DNA of 64,000 nt, taken from NCBI GenBank assembly GCA_031404015.1, contig JANNGT010000027.1, positions 920 through 64,919 on the forward strand, given 5' to 3'. The DNA is from Gammaproteobacteria bacterium (lineage in GTDB: Bacteria > Pseudomonadota > Gammaproteobacteria > Steroidobacterales > Steroidobacteraceae). The notes under the pieces were generated by a model. It was not told the DNA's origin, searched no databases, and was given only the letters and a program-made list of their open reading frames with translations. Below are positions 1 to 7,697 of this stretch, piece by piece (within the stretch, counting starts at the first letter, position 1; every line of letters starts with the position of its first letter). The translations under genes were made by a program, and so were the position numbers.

Positions 1-749
1 TCCCCGCCACTGCGACTTCGGTGCCTGCTACGAATACGCCTGTCCCGACGAACACGCCTCTTCCTACAGCGACAACTGTTTCGTATTGCGATTGGGTTAC
101 CTTCATCAAGGACGTTTCCATCCCGGATGGAACCAAACTCATTGCGGGCGAGACCTTTACCAAGACCTGGCGCTTGAAGAACCGCGGCACCTGCACATGG
201 ACATCAGACTACATGCTGGTCTTCACCAGCGGTGTGCAGATGGGCGGCACGACCGCCGTTCGCCTGCCTGGTAACGTGGCACCCGGTCAAACTGTGGATG
301 TCTCTGTCACGCTGACGGCGCCAGTCAACCGCGGTCAATATACAAGTTATTGGATGTTACGAAATCCCTCCGGCGTCCTGTTCGGTTTCGGTGACAATGC
401 CAACAAGGCTTTCTATGTGGATATTAAAACCGAAGACCTGCCGCATGGCACAGTCACGGGCAACTTCCATTACCCAAGCGAGTTCAACCCGCCGCTGGTG
501 CTGTACTTTGAAAATGCGGTCACTGGCGAGACCATCGAGTTCTCGATCCCTCAAAGCAGCCCGACCTATAGTGTCCTGCTCCCCAATGGAACCTACTACG
601 CCTATGCCTGGGCGCCTAATTACAATCTGCAGGGCGCGTACGTGAATGAAAGCCTCACCATGAAGCCCTTTGTGGTGAAAGGCGGACAAACCACCTACAG
701 CATCAACCTCACCGACTGGAGCCCCTATCCGCACAGCCGGGGGCAATAG
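1..749 (+). CDS. 5'-partial secreted/surface protein: Pro/Thr-rich linker, NBR1-type Ig-like domain, C-terminal beta-rich domain
   Basis: Frame is open to the window edge (PATATSVPATNTPVPTNTPLPTATT). DWVTF..GETFTKTWRLKNRGTCTW..YWMLRNPSG resembles the NBR1 Ig-like domain. Codon usage is moderate-GC, unlike the rest of the window. Confidence 0.6.
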   Translation, partial: PATATSVPATNTPVPTNTPLPTATTVSYCDWVTFIKDVSIPDGTKLIAGETFTKTWRLKNRGTCTWTSDYMLVFTSGVQMGGTTAVRLPGNVAPGQTVDVSVTLTAPVNRGQYTSYWMLRNPSGVLFGFGDNANKAFYVDIKTEDLPHGTVTGNFHYPSEFNPPLVLYFENAVTGETIEFSIPQSSPTYSVLLPNGTYYAYAWAPNYNLQGAYVNESLTMKPFVVKGGQTTYSINLTDWSPYPHSRGQ

Positions 750-752
750 ATC

Positions 753-786
753 AAAAGAGCGACTCAACCGAGTCGCTCTTTTTGAT
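753..786. terminator. Bidirectional rho-independent terminator between convergent genes
   Basis: Perfect 13-bp stem aaaagagcgactc / gagtcgctctttt with 4-nt loop aacc. A-tract on one side and T-tract on the other. Lies between the stops at 749 and 802. Confidence 0.85.
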
Positions 787-801
787 TCCTTGTGAAGGTA
801 T

Positions 802-1212
802 CTATACTTCATAAGAGTAAAGGATCGTTTCCATCTCTTGCGGGGTCAAGCCGCCATGATGACCGTAAAAGTTCATCTCGAATTTATCCTTTTCATACCA
901 CCACACGGACTCATGGCGATAGGGCAGGATCACCAAATTCCCGACACGTTCCCGAAAACGGGACGAGACCTCCGCGCCGAAATAACCCTCATTGATTAAC
1001 GCCTCTGTCTTAACGACGTCTGCCTTGCCTTCAAGATGCTTTGTCAGCAGGGCTTGCGCCTCCTCCAGCATTTCAGCCTTGATATACAGAAACATATCGC
1101 GCGCCGAACCCGCCGGGACAAGCAGTTGACCCTGGCGATTCGTTTTGATGAATCGCTCAAAGCCCCGCAAGCGCGGGTCGGTGTTCAAATAAATCGTCGT
1201 CTGCTGCCGGTA
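802..1212 (-). CDS. 3' fragment of an alkaline-phosphatase-superfamily (nucleotide pyrophosphatase/phosphodiesterase-like) gene, 5' part missing
   Basis: C-terminal sequence ...VILPYRHESVWWYEKDKFEMNFYGHHGGLTPQEMETIL is typical of that superfamily's C-terminus. In-frame stop at 1213-1215, so only about 137 codons are present. Moderate-GC codon usage. Confidence 0.5.
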   Translation of the reverse strand, partial: YRQQTTIYLNTDPRLRGFERFIKTNRQGQLLVPAGSARDMFLYIKAEMLEEAQALLTKHLEGKADVVKTEALINEGYFGAEVSSRFRERVGNLVILPYRHESVWWYEKDKFEMNFYGHHGGLTPQEMETILYSYEV

Positions 1213-1215
1213 TCA
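1195..1215. other. Sequence junction / composition breakpoint
   Basis: Switch from moderate-GC to strongly GC-rich DNA. Both flanking minus-strand genes are truncated here. Confidence 0.7.
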
Positions 1216-1633
1216 AGGAGGATTCAGCAAACACCGCGTCGGGCCGGATGCCTGCGGCTTCCCAGGCGGCCTGCCAGCGCTCGAGCGCCGAGCGCGCGAT
1301 GATCGCAACCGGCGTCGCGCTCGAAGCAGCGTCGCGCGCGCCGACGGCAAAGTGCAGGTTTTCGAGGTCTGAGGCCAGGTGTTCTTCGAGCGCGAAGGGC
1401 ACGGCCTGTGCAATGCGGGCAGCGCCGCGCACTGGCGGCAGGTCGGGGCGGGCCAGCGTGACGTCAGCGGCGGGCAGCACGACGACCGTGCGGCGTCCCT
1501 GCGAGAGGGAGAGTGCGTCGGCGATCGGACCGCTCTGCACGTTGCCCGAGCGGGCCCCGTTCGCGTCGACGATCAACCACGACGCAGGTGCGTCGGAGGA
1601 CGCCCGGAGACGGATCACCAGGGTTTCAGTCAT
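1207..1633 (-). CDS. gspL: Type II secretion protein GspL, N-terminal (cytoplasmic domain) fragment only
   Basis: MTETLVIRL...VVVLPAADVTLARPDLPPV..AQAVPFALEEHLASDLENLHFAVG matches the GspL N-terminal domain. ATG at 1633 lies 4 nt after the gspK stop. Homology is lost at about 1207 and the frame runs into foreign DNA to a stop at 1157. Confidence 0.75.
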
Positions 1634-1637
1634 ACGG

Positions 1638-2594
1638 TCATTCGGCTCCGAAACTGCGCAGAACAGGCCGCACCGTTCCGGTCCCGCCGCGCGCGAGGAG
1701 ACTGTACAGGGTGAACTGGGTAGTGCCAATAGTGACCCATACGGTCGCGCGGAAGTAAGTGCTTGATTCCGAAAGTGTGTCCTTGATCTGGTCGTAGTCC
1801 GCCTGCCCGAACGTGCCGCGCAGGTCGTCCAGCGTCGGGAAGCAAGCGGTCTTGCGTCGGTTGCCCAGGTCTTCCGGGTTCAGGCTGAACTGTCGCTGCG
1901 TCTCGGACAACGAATCGAGCACGACGCCCGACGCGGTGCACACGTTGAGCTTGGTACCGACGGGCAGGGCCGCCACGTAGGGCGCGAGCCGTCGGAAACG
2001 GTCCGCGCCGAACTCCGGCAGCACCAGGAGTTCGGAAGCGCGCGTGATGGGCATGTTGGCCGCAAGGTGCGGCGGATCGATGCCCGTGTACACCGTGTCC
2101 TCTGCGCCGTCCGGAAACCCTGGCTGGATGTCGGCATCCACCCAGTCCGCCATGGCCGCAGCCCAGGTCGGCTCGATTTCGAGCAGCGAAAGAATCCGCT
2201 CGAGCTGCTTGACGGCTTTCTCGTTGGTGGTGCCGTCTGCGAACACGAGGTTGTTGATGTTGAAGCGGCCCTGCAGGTCTTCCAGCCGGCCTTCGACGAT
2301 GCCGACGCCTTCGTCGATCGGCAATGGCGGCAACGCCCTCGCCCACACTTCGCCGAGGTGGTCGGTCTGCGATTCCTGCGCATCCTGCCGCAGGATGTCT
2401 GCGGCCCACGCTTCGGCGCCGAGCGCGACCTGGAAACCCTGGTCCAGCGCAAAGATGTTCGCGCTGCGCCGCTGGTCCACCATGCCGCGAAAGGTGACGT
2501 TGACCGCAAGGATCGTCGCGAGCGCCACGATGAGCACCGCCATGATCAACGCAACGCCCCGCTGGCGCGCACGCAATGCAGGCTGCGAGCGCAT
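1638..2594 (-). CDS. gspK: Type II secretion minor pseudopilin GspK
   Basis: N-terminal RGVALIMAVLIVALATILA helix. Motifs GRFNINNL and LLVLPEFG are GspK-like. ATGA overlap with gspJ at 2594. Confidence 0.9.
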   Translation of the reverse strand: MRSQPALRARQRGVALIMAVLIVALATILAVNVTFRGMVDQRRSANIFALDQGFQVALGAEAWAADILRQDAQESQTDHLGEVWARALPPLPIDEGVGIVEGRLEDLQGRFNINNLVFADGTTNEKAVKQLERILSLLEIEPTWAAAMADWVDADIQPGFPDGAEDTVYTGIDPPHLAANMPITRASELLVLPEFGADRFRRLAPYVAALPVGTKLNVCTASGVVLDSLSETQRQFSLNPEDLGNRRKTACFPTLDDLRGTFGQADYDQIKDTLSESSTYFRATVWVTIGTTQFTLYSLLARGGTGTVRPVLRSFGAE

Positions 2595-3244
2595 CAGCCG
2601 GCCACCTCGATGACGCGCCGGATCTGGCCCCAGTCTTCGAGGTCGAGCGTGACTTCGACCGCGCCCGGACGCAGCCGCTGCTGTTGGAGCGGATTGCCGC
2701 CGGGTTCGGGCCAGCGGTCGACCCATTCCTGCGAGGGCGCGAGGAAGCGGAACGTGACCGAGCGCACCCCACTCAGCAGCCTTACGCGCACCGGCTCCGA
2801 CGCCTGCGTGCGATCGAGCACGCGCCAGTAGTCACGCCACAGGCCGTCCTGGTCGAGCCGGTACGCGACCCGCTGCAGCGTGGGTCGCGGGAGTCCGGCC
2901 GTGTTGGGCCAGCCTGCGCGCGTGAACTCGATCTTGTACTCGATGGCTTCACCCGCGATGAGCGCCGGGATGCGCTGGTCGCCGATGGGCTCGCGGATCG
3001 AGCGTGGCTCGATCTGCGTGAGGTCCTGCGTCAGCGTCTGCACGGCTCGCTGCACCTCCCGGATGCGTTCGAGGCGTGTCTGCTGGTATTCGGTCTGCTT
3101 CTGCAACTGCGTGTAGCCGGAGAGCGCCATCACGCCGACGAAGGCAAAGATGGCAATGGCGACGAGCACTTCGAGCAGCGTGAATCCGCGCTGCCAGCGC
3201 GTCGTCGTCGCGCCCAGGGGACTACGTGGAGGCAGCGCGCTCAT
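2594..3244 (-). CDS. gspJ: Type II secretion minor pseudopilin GspJ
   Basis: Prepilin-type N-terminus QRGFTLLEVLVAIAIFA. Length of 216 aa and position between gspI and gspK fit. Start ATG at 3244 overlaps the gspI stop. Confidence 0.9.
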   Translation of the reverse strand: MSALPPRSPLGATTTRWQRGFTLLEVLVAIAIFAFVGVMALSGYTQLQKQTEYQQTRLERIREVQRAVQTLTQDLTQIEPRSIREPIGDQRIPALIAGEAIEYKIEFTRAGWPNTAGLPRPTLQRVAYRLDQDGLWRDYWRVLDRTQASEPVRVRLLSGVRSVTFRFLAPSQEWVDRWPEPGGNPLQQQRLRPGAVEVTLDLEDWGQIRRVIEVAG

Positions 3245-3819
3245 TCGACTTCCGGCTGCTCGGAGGGCGGTATGTCGGGTTCGCCCACCGGTGGCGTAAC
3301 GACCTCGCCGGGCGTGTCGCCGGTGTTCTGGCCGGTATCTTCTTCGGTCCCGCCGCCCGTGCCCGGCGCTCCGGCGCCCGCCCATTGCAGCGGAGCGCTG
3401 CCGCCCGCACCGCCCGTCGCCGTGCCATAAAAACCCGAGACCGTGGCAAGCGAGGTGCCTTCCGGGGCGTCCACGCGCCGCACGGCGATGTCCATGCGCC
3501 GCAGGCTCGCGACTGCGGTCTGCGTCACCTTCATCGACCATTGCCATTGCTGGCTCGCGAACTCGACCCGTCCCGTTGATTCGGCGACGTCGGGCGGGGC
3601 CGGCTGCAGGCGGCGCTCCGTGAGCACGTTCAAGCCGATCCAGTGCGCGAGCGTCTTGTCGCGCAGATACACGCCATTGCGCGCCGACTGCGTGACGGCC
3701 TGGATCGCCGCGATCATGCCGAGCGCGACGATCACGAGCGCGGCCAGCACTTCGATCAGCGTGAAGCCGCGGTTTGCCGCAGCGTGCCCGAGGCGCCGTC
3801 GTCGCACCCTGCCACTCAT
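3241..3819 (-). CDS. gspI: Type II secretion minor pseudopilin GspI with atypical Gly/Pro/Thr/Glu-rich C-terminal tail
   Basis: NRGFTLIEVLAALVIVALG prepilin N-terminus followed by a GspI-like core to about residue 131, then a 61-aa low-complexity tail. ATGA overlap with gspH. Confidence 0.85.
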   Translation of the reverse strand: MSGRVRRRRLGHAAANRGFTLIEVLAALVIVALGMIAAIQAVTQSARNGVYLRDKTLAHWIGLNVLTERRLQPAPPDVAESTGRVEFASQQWQWSMKVTQTAVASLRRMDIAVRRVDAPEGTSLATVSGFYGTATGGAGGSAPLQWAGAGAPGTGGGTEEDTGQNTGDTPGEVVTPPVGEPDIPPSEQPEVE

Positions 3820-4367
3820 CGGCGGTTCTCCCGCACGTCGTCGTGGACTTCGATCTTGCCCTCGAGCGTGCCACTCACGCGGCGCTTCTCTTCGGTGCCA
3901 TCGCGGGCGAGCAGGAGGTCGAACGGAACGAGTTCGCCCGACGCTTGCAACACCACTTGCGGCAGGATGGGATCGCGCTCGGTGGCAGGCTGGCGCGGCT
4001 TCAATTGCACGTTACGGTCTTCGAGGCGCAAGGCGAGGCGCAGGCCGTCCGGCAGCCCGCGCGCGCGCAGGAGGGGATCGTTCTCGACTGCGCGCCACCG
4101 CTCGACGCGGCCGTCGTATTCGAGAAACTCGTAGCCCGTTTCGTCGACGCGCATGCCGATGTCGCGGCTTTGCAGCACCGCGTCTTCACGGGTCTGCAGC
4201 AGGATGGCCTGCAGCCGGTCGGCTTCGCGCTGCATCTCGTGATCGCCGCCGAGCACGTTGACCGAAATCACGGCCATCGACGTGAGGATGCCGATGATCA
4301 CGACGACCACGAGCACTTCGAGCAGGGTGAACCCTGCCACGCGGCGGGCAGCCGTCAAGCACGTCAC
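3816..4367 (-). CDS. gspH: Type II secretion pseudopilin GspH
   Basis: VAGFTLLEVLVVVVIIGIL prepilin N-terminus. Favoured start is GTG at 4367, just after the gspG stop at 4372-4374. The longer ORF to 4430 would overlap gspG. Confidence 0.8.
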   Translation of the reverse strand: MTCLTAARRVAGFTLLEVLVVVVIIGILTSMAVISVNVLGGDHEMQREADRLQAILLQTREDAVLQSRDIGMRVDETGYEFLEYDGRVERWRAVENDPLLRARGLPDGLRLALRLEDRNVQLKPRQPATERDPILPQVVLQASGELVPFDLLLARDGTEEKRRVSGTLEGKIEVHDDVRENRR

Positions 4368-4371
4368 GACG

Positions 4372-4821
4372 TTATTCGATGTTCCAGTTGCCGATGTCGG
4401 CATCGTTACCTTCGCCGCCGGGCTGGCCATCGGCGCCGAGCGTGTAGAGGTCGAAGTCGCCGCGCGTGCCCGGGGCGATGTAGGCGTAATCGTTGCCCCA
4501 CGGATCTTTTTTCATGCCGTCGATGTAGCCGCCGTCCTTCCAGTTCTTGATGTTCGGATCGGCGGGCCGCGTAACCAGCGACGGCAAGCCCTGCTCGGTG
4601 CTCGGGTAGCGGAAGTTGTCCATGCGGTACAGGTTGAGCGCCGTCTCGTAAGCGCGGATGTCCTGCTTCGCCTTGGTCACGCGTGCGTCGTCGATGCGAC
4701 GGATCACGTTCGGTGCGACCAGCGCCGCGAGGATGCCGAGGATCACGACGACGACCATGATCTCGATGAGCGTGAAGCCGCGCGCGCGGCGCCAAAGGTT
4801 GCGGGAGCCGATAAATGTCAT
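4372..4821 (-). CDS. gspG: Type II secretion major pseudopilin GspG
   Basis: ARGFTLIEIMVVVVILGILAALVAPN plus DPWGNDY and GADGQPGGEGNDADIGNW are classic GspG motifs. ATG at 4821 (MTFIGSRN...). Confidence 0.95.
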   Translation of the reverse strand: MTFIGSRNLWRRARGFTLIEIMVVVVILGILAALVAPNVIRRIDDARVTKAKQDIRAYETALNLYRMDNFRYPSTEQGLPSLVTRPADPNIKNWKDGGYIDGMKKDPWGNDYAYIAPGTRGDFDLYTLGADGQPGGEGNDADIGNWNIE

Positions 4822-4891
4822 GTGGAGTGCCGTGGTTGACGGTAAATTCGACTGATCATAGCAAACCCCTGCTGCTGGAACCGGCACGCGC

Positions 4892-5566
4892 GTGAACCTG
4901 GGACGACTCTCGCAACTGGCGCGGCTCGACGCTGTGGCGTGGCGCGCACCTTTCGTGCTGGCACTGGTGCTGGTCGCGATGCAATGGCTGTCCGGTGTGC
5001 TGCCTGCGACGATGCCCTACGATCGCTCGGGTGTACTGACGGGCCATCAATTCCATCGCCTGCTCACCGGTCACCTCGTTCACCACGACTGGGTCCACCT
5101 CGCCTGGAACCTCGCCGGGCTTGCACTCGTCGGCTGGCTGTTCGCACGGGATTTCGTCCTGCGCGACTGGGGCGTCATCCTCATCGCTTCGACCATCGCG
5201 ATCGACGTCGGGTTCCTCGTATTCACACCGCAGCTTGCCTGGTACGTCGGCTTCTCCGGGGTCCTGCATGGACTGATGGCAGCCGGCCTGTGCGCGTGGT
5301 TGTGGCGCACCCCCGACGCCATCACGGTTTTCGTCGCCCTCGTCTTCGCGCTGAAGCTCGGTTGGGAGCATTTCATGGGCCCGTTGCCGTTCACGGCCGA
5401 AACGCTGGACGTGCCCGTCATCCATGCGGCGCACACGTATGGCGCTCTTGGCGGGACGGTCGCGGCGCTGTGGCTGTTGTGGCGCAGGCGCGCCGTCGCT
5501 GGCCGCTATAATCCGCCAGACAACGAATCCGGCCGCAGTGCGGCCAGCAGGGGAAACCGGCGATGA
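4892..5566 (+). CDS. rrtA: Rhombosortase (rhomboid-family intramembrane serine protease for GlyGly-CTERM proteins)
   Basis: About 220 aa polytopic protein with HRLLTGHLVHHDWVHLAWN, YVGFSGVLHGL (GxSG serine) and a distal AAHTYGALGG histidine. GTG start at 4892. The stop overlaps the fabD ATG (ATGA). Confidence 0.75.
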   Translation: MNLGRLSQLARLDAVAWRAPFVLALVLVAMQWLSGVLPATMPYDRSGVLTGHQFHRLLTGHLVHHDWVHLAWNLAGLALVGWLFARDFVLRDWGVILIASTIAIDVGFLVFTPQLAWYVGFSGVLHGLMAAGLCAWLWRTPDAITVFVALVFALKLGWEHFMGPLPFTAETLDVPVIHAAHTYGALGGTVAALWLLWRRRAVAGRYNPPDNESGRSAASRGNRR

Positions 5567-6510
5567 CATTGGCGTTCGTGTTCCCGGGGCAAGGCTCCCA
5601 ATCGGTTGGCATGCTCGCGGAACTCGGTGCCGCCGAGCCCGTGGTGCGTGCGACGTTTGCCGAGGCGAGCGAGGTGGTGGGCTACGACTTGTGGTCGCTG
5701 TGCCAGGACGGTCCGGAGTCCGACCTGGGCTCCACCGAACGCACGCAGCCGGCGATGCTGGCAGCCGGGGTTGCGACGTGGCGGGTGTGGGTGGGTCGAG
5801 GCGGACCCCAGCCCGTGACGATGGCCGGACACAGCCTCGGCGAATACACGGCGCTGGTGTGTTCCGAGGCCATGGACTTCAAGACCGCCATAGACGTCGT
5901 CCGCTTCCGCGGCCAGGTGATGCAGCAGGCCGTGCCGGTCGGGCAGGGTGCGATGGCGGCAATACTCGGCCTGGAGGATACGGAACTCGCCGCTGCGTGT
6001 GCCGAGGCGGCGCAGGGCGAAGTGGTCGAGCAAGTCAATTTCAACGCCCCCGGCCAGGTCGTCATCGCAGGCCATGCAGCTGCGGTCGGCCGCGCGATCG
6101 AAGCCGCGAAAGCTCGCGGCGCCAAGCGTGCGGTGCTGTTGCCCGTGAGCGTGCCGTCGCACAGCAGCCTGATGCTCGATGCCGCTGAACGCCTGGCCGA
6201 AAAACTTGCGACCGTCGACGTGCGCATGCCGAACGTGCCCGCGGTTTACACCGTCGACGTGCGCACCCACGCATCGCCGGACGGCATTCGCCAATCGCTG
6301 AAAGAGCAGTTGTTCAAGCCCGTGCGCTGGGCGGACACCGTCCGCGCGATGCTTGCGGGCGGCGCGACCACGTTCGTCGAATGCGGCCCAGGCAAGGTGC
6401 TCACGTCCCTCAACCGCCGTATCGAACGCAAGCCGGAGTTCAAGCTGCTCGCGCTCGAGGACACGGCATCGATCACGGCGGCGCTCGCCGCATGCGGAGT
6501 ACAGGCATGA
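5563..6510 (+). CDS. fabD: Malonyl-CoA:ACP transacylase
   Basis: MTLAFVFPGQGSQSVGM and GHSLGEYTALV active-site motifs. Upstream of fabG-acpP-fabF. Confidence 0.97.
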   Translation: MTLAFVFPGQGSQSVGMLAELGAAEPVVRATFAEASEVVGYDLWSLCQDGPESDLGSTERTQPAMLAAGVATWRVWVGRGGPQPVTMAGHSLGEYTALVCSEAMDFKTAIDVVRFRGQVMQQAVPVGQGAMAAILGLEDTELAAACAEAAQGEVVEQVNFNAPGQVVIAGHAAAVGRAIEAAKARGAKRAVLLPVSVPSHSSLMLDAAERLAEKLATVDVRMPNVPAVYTVDVRTHASPDGIRQSLKEQLFKPVRWADTVRAMLAGGATTFVECGPGKVLTSLNRRIERKPEFKLLALEDTASITAALAACGVQA

Positions 6511-7253
6511 CGACGCTTGCCGGAGAGTTCGCGCTGGTCACCGGAGCCACCCGCGGCATTGGCCGCGCCATCGCCATGGAACTCGGCAGGCGCGGCGCCA
6601 ACGTCGTCGGCACCGCCACGAGCGAGGCCGGCGCGCAGGCGATCGATGCCTACCTGAAAGAAGCGGGCATGACCGGTCGCGGCGTCGTGCTGAACGTGGC
6701 GGAGGCGGGGGGTGTGGAGACCTGCTTCAAATCCATCGAGTCCGCCGATGGCACGCCATCCATCCTGGTCAACAACGCGGGTATCACCCGCGACGGGCTG
6801 CTCATGCGCATGAGCGCCGATGACTGGCAGGCCGTCATCGAGACCGACCTGAGTTCGGTGTATCGCACCTGCAAGGCCGTCATGCGCGGGATGATGAAAG
6901 CGCGCAAGGGTCGTATCGTGAACATCGCTTCCGTGATCGGGGTCATGGGCAATGCGGGCCAGAGCAACTACGCAGCGGCCAAGGCCGGCATGATCGGCTT
7001 CAGCAAAAGCCTCGCGCGCGAGGTGGGCTCGCGCAACATCACGGTCAACGTGGTGGCGCCGGGCTTTATCGTTACGGACATGACGCACGCGCTCGGCGAG
7101 GCGCAGAAAACCGCGCTGCTGGGCCAGGTTCCACTGGGCCGGCTGGGTTCGCCCGAAGACGTCGCGGCGGCCGTGGCGTTCCTGGCAGGGCCCGAAGCGT
7201 CATACATCACCGGTGAAACGCTGCACGTGAATGGCGGCATGTACATGATCTGA
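6507..7253 (+). CDS. fabG: 3-oxoacyl-ACP reductase
   Basis: LVTGATRGIGRAIA, NNAG and YAAAKAG SDR motifs. ATGA overlap with fabD. Conserved position. Confidence 0.97.
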   Translation: MTTLAGEFALVTGATRGIGRAIAMELGRRGANVVGTATSEAGAQAIDAYLKEAGMTGRGVVLNVAEAGGVETCFKSIESADGTPSILVNNAGITRDGLLMRMSADDWQAVIETDLSSVYRTCKAVMRGMMKARKGRIVNIASVIGVMGNAGQSNYAAAKAGMIGFSKSLAREVGSRNITVNVVAPGFIVTDMTHALGEAQKTALLGQVPLGRLGSPEDVAAAVAFLAGPEASYITGETLHVNGGMYMI

Positions 7254-7373
7254 TAGGCTTTTTTGGCCAATTGGACCCTTGCCACGGGCTTAACATAGAA
7301 TACGCGCCCCATGCCGGTCCAGCGCAGGCCCGGATCGGCTGATTTTGTTTCCTTCCAAAGGATCCCTACGACA

Positions 7374-7616
7374 ATGAGCAGTATTGAACAGCGAGTGAAG
7401 GCGATCGTCGCCGAGCAACTGGGCGTCAAGGAAGAGGAGGTCACCAACGAATCCTCCTTCGTCGACGACCTCGGTGCAGACTCGCTCGACACTGTGGAAC
7501 TCGTGATGGCGCTCGAAGAAGAGTTCGAGACCGAAATCCCGGACGAAGACGCCGAGAAGATCACGACCGTCCAGCAGGCAATCGACTACGTCACCGAGCG
7601 CCGCAGCCAGGCCTGA
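7374..7616 (+). CDS. acpP: Acyl carrier protein
   Basis: [18 protein letters not shown]...[20 protein letters not shown] with the phosphopantetheine Ser in DSLD. Confidence 0.98.
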   Translation: MSSIEQRVKAIVAEQLGVKEEEVTNESSFVDDLGADSLDTVELVMALEEEFETEIPDEDAEKITTVQQAIDYVTERRSQA

Positions 7617-7697
7617 GCTGCAGTGCCTCTTGCCGGACCGCCACGGAAGGCGGACCCGGCAGCAATGTTTCCGCCCACCTTTCCCGGGGGACCACGC

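Noticed and set aside
4836-4864. Sigma70-like promoter guesses: TTGACG-17-TAGCAA upstream of the rhombosortase, TTGGAC-19-TAGAAT at 7271-7301 upstream of acpP, and TATAAT at 19391-19396 upstream of the ADH gene.
   Set aside because: Each has only one good hexamer or a non-optimal spacer. Without TSS data they are not reportable as features.
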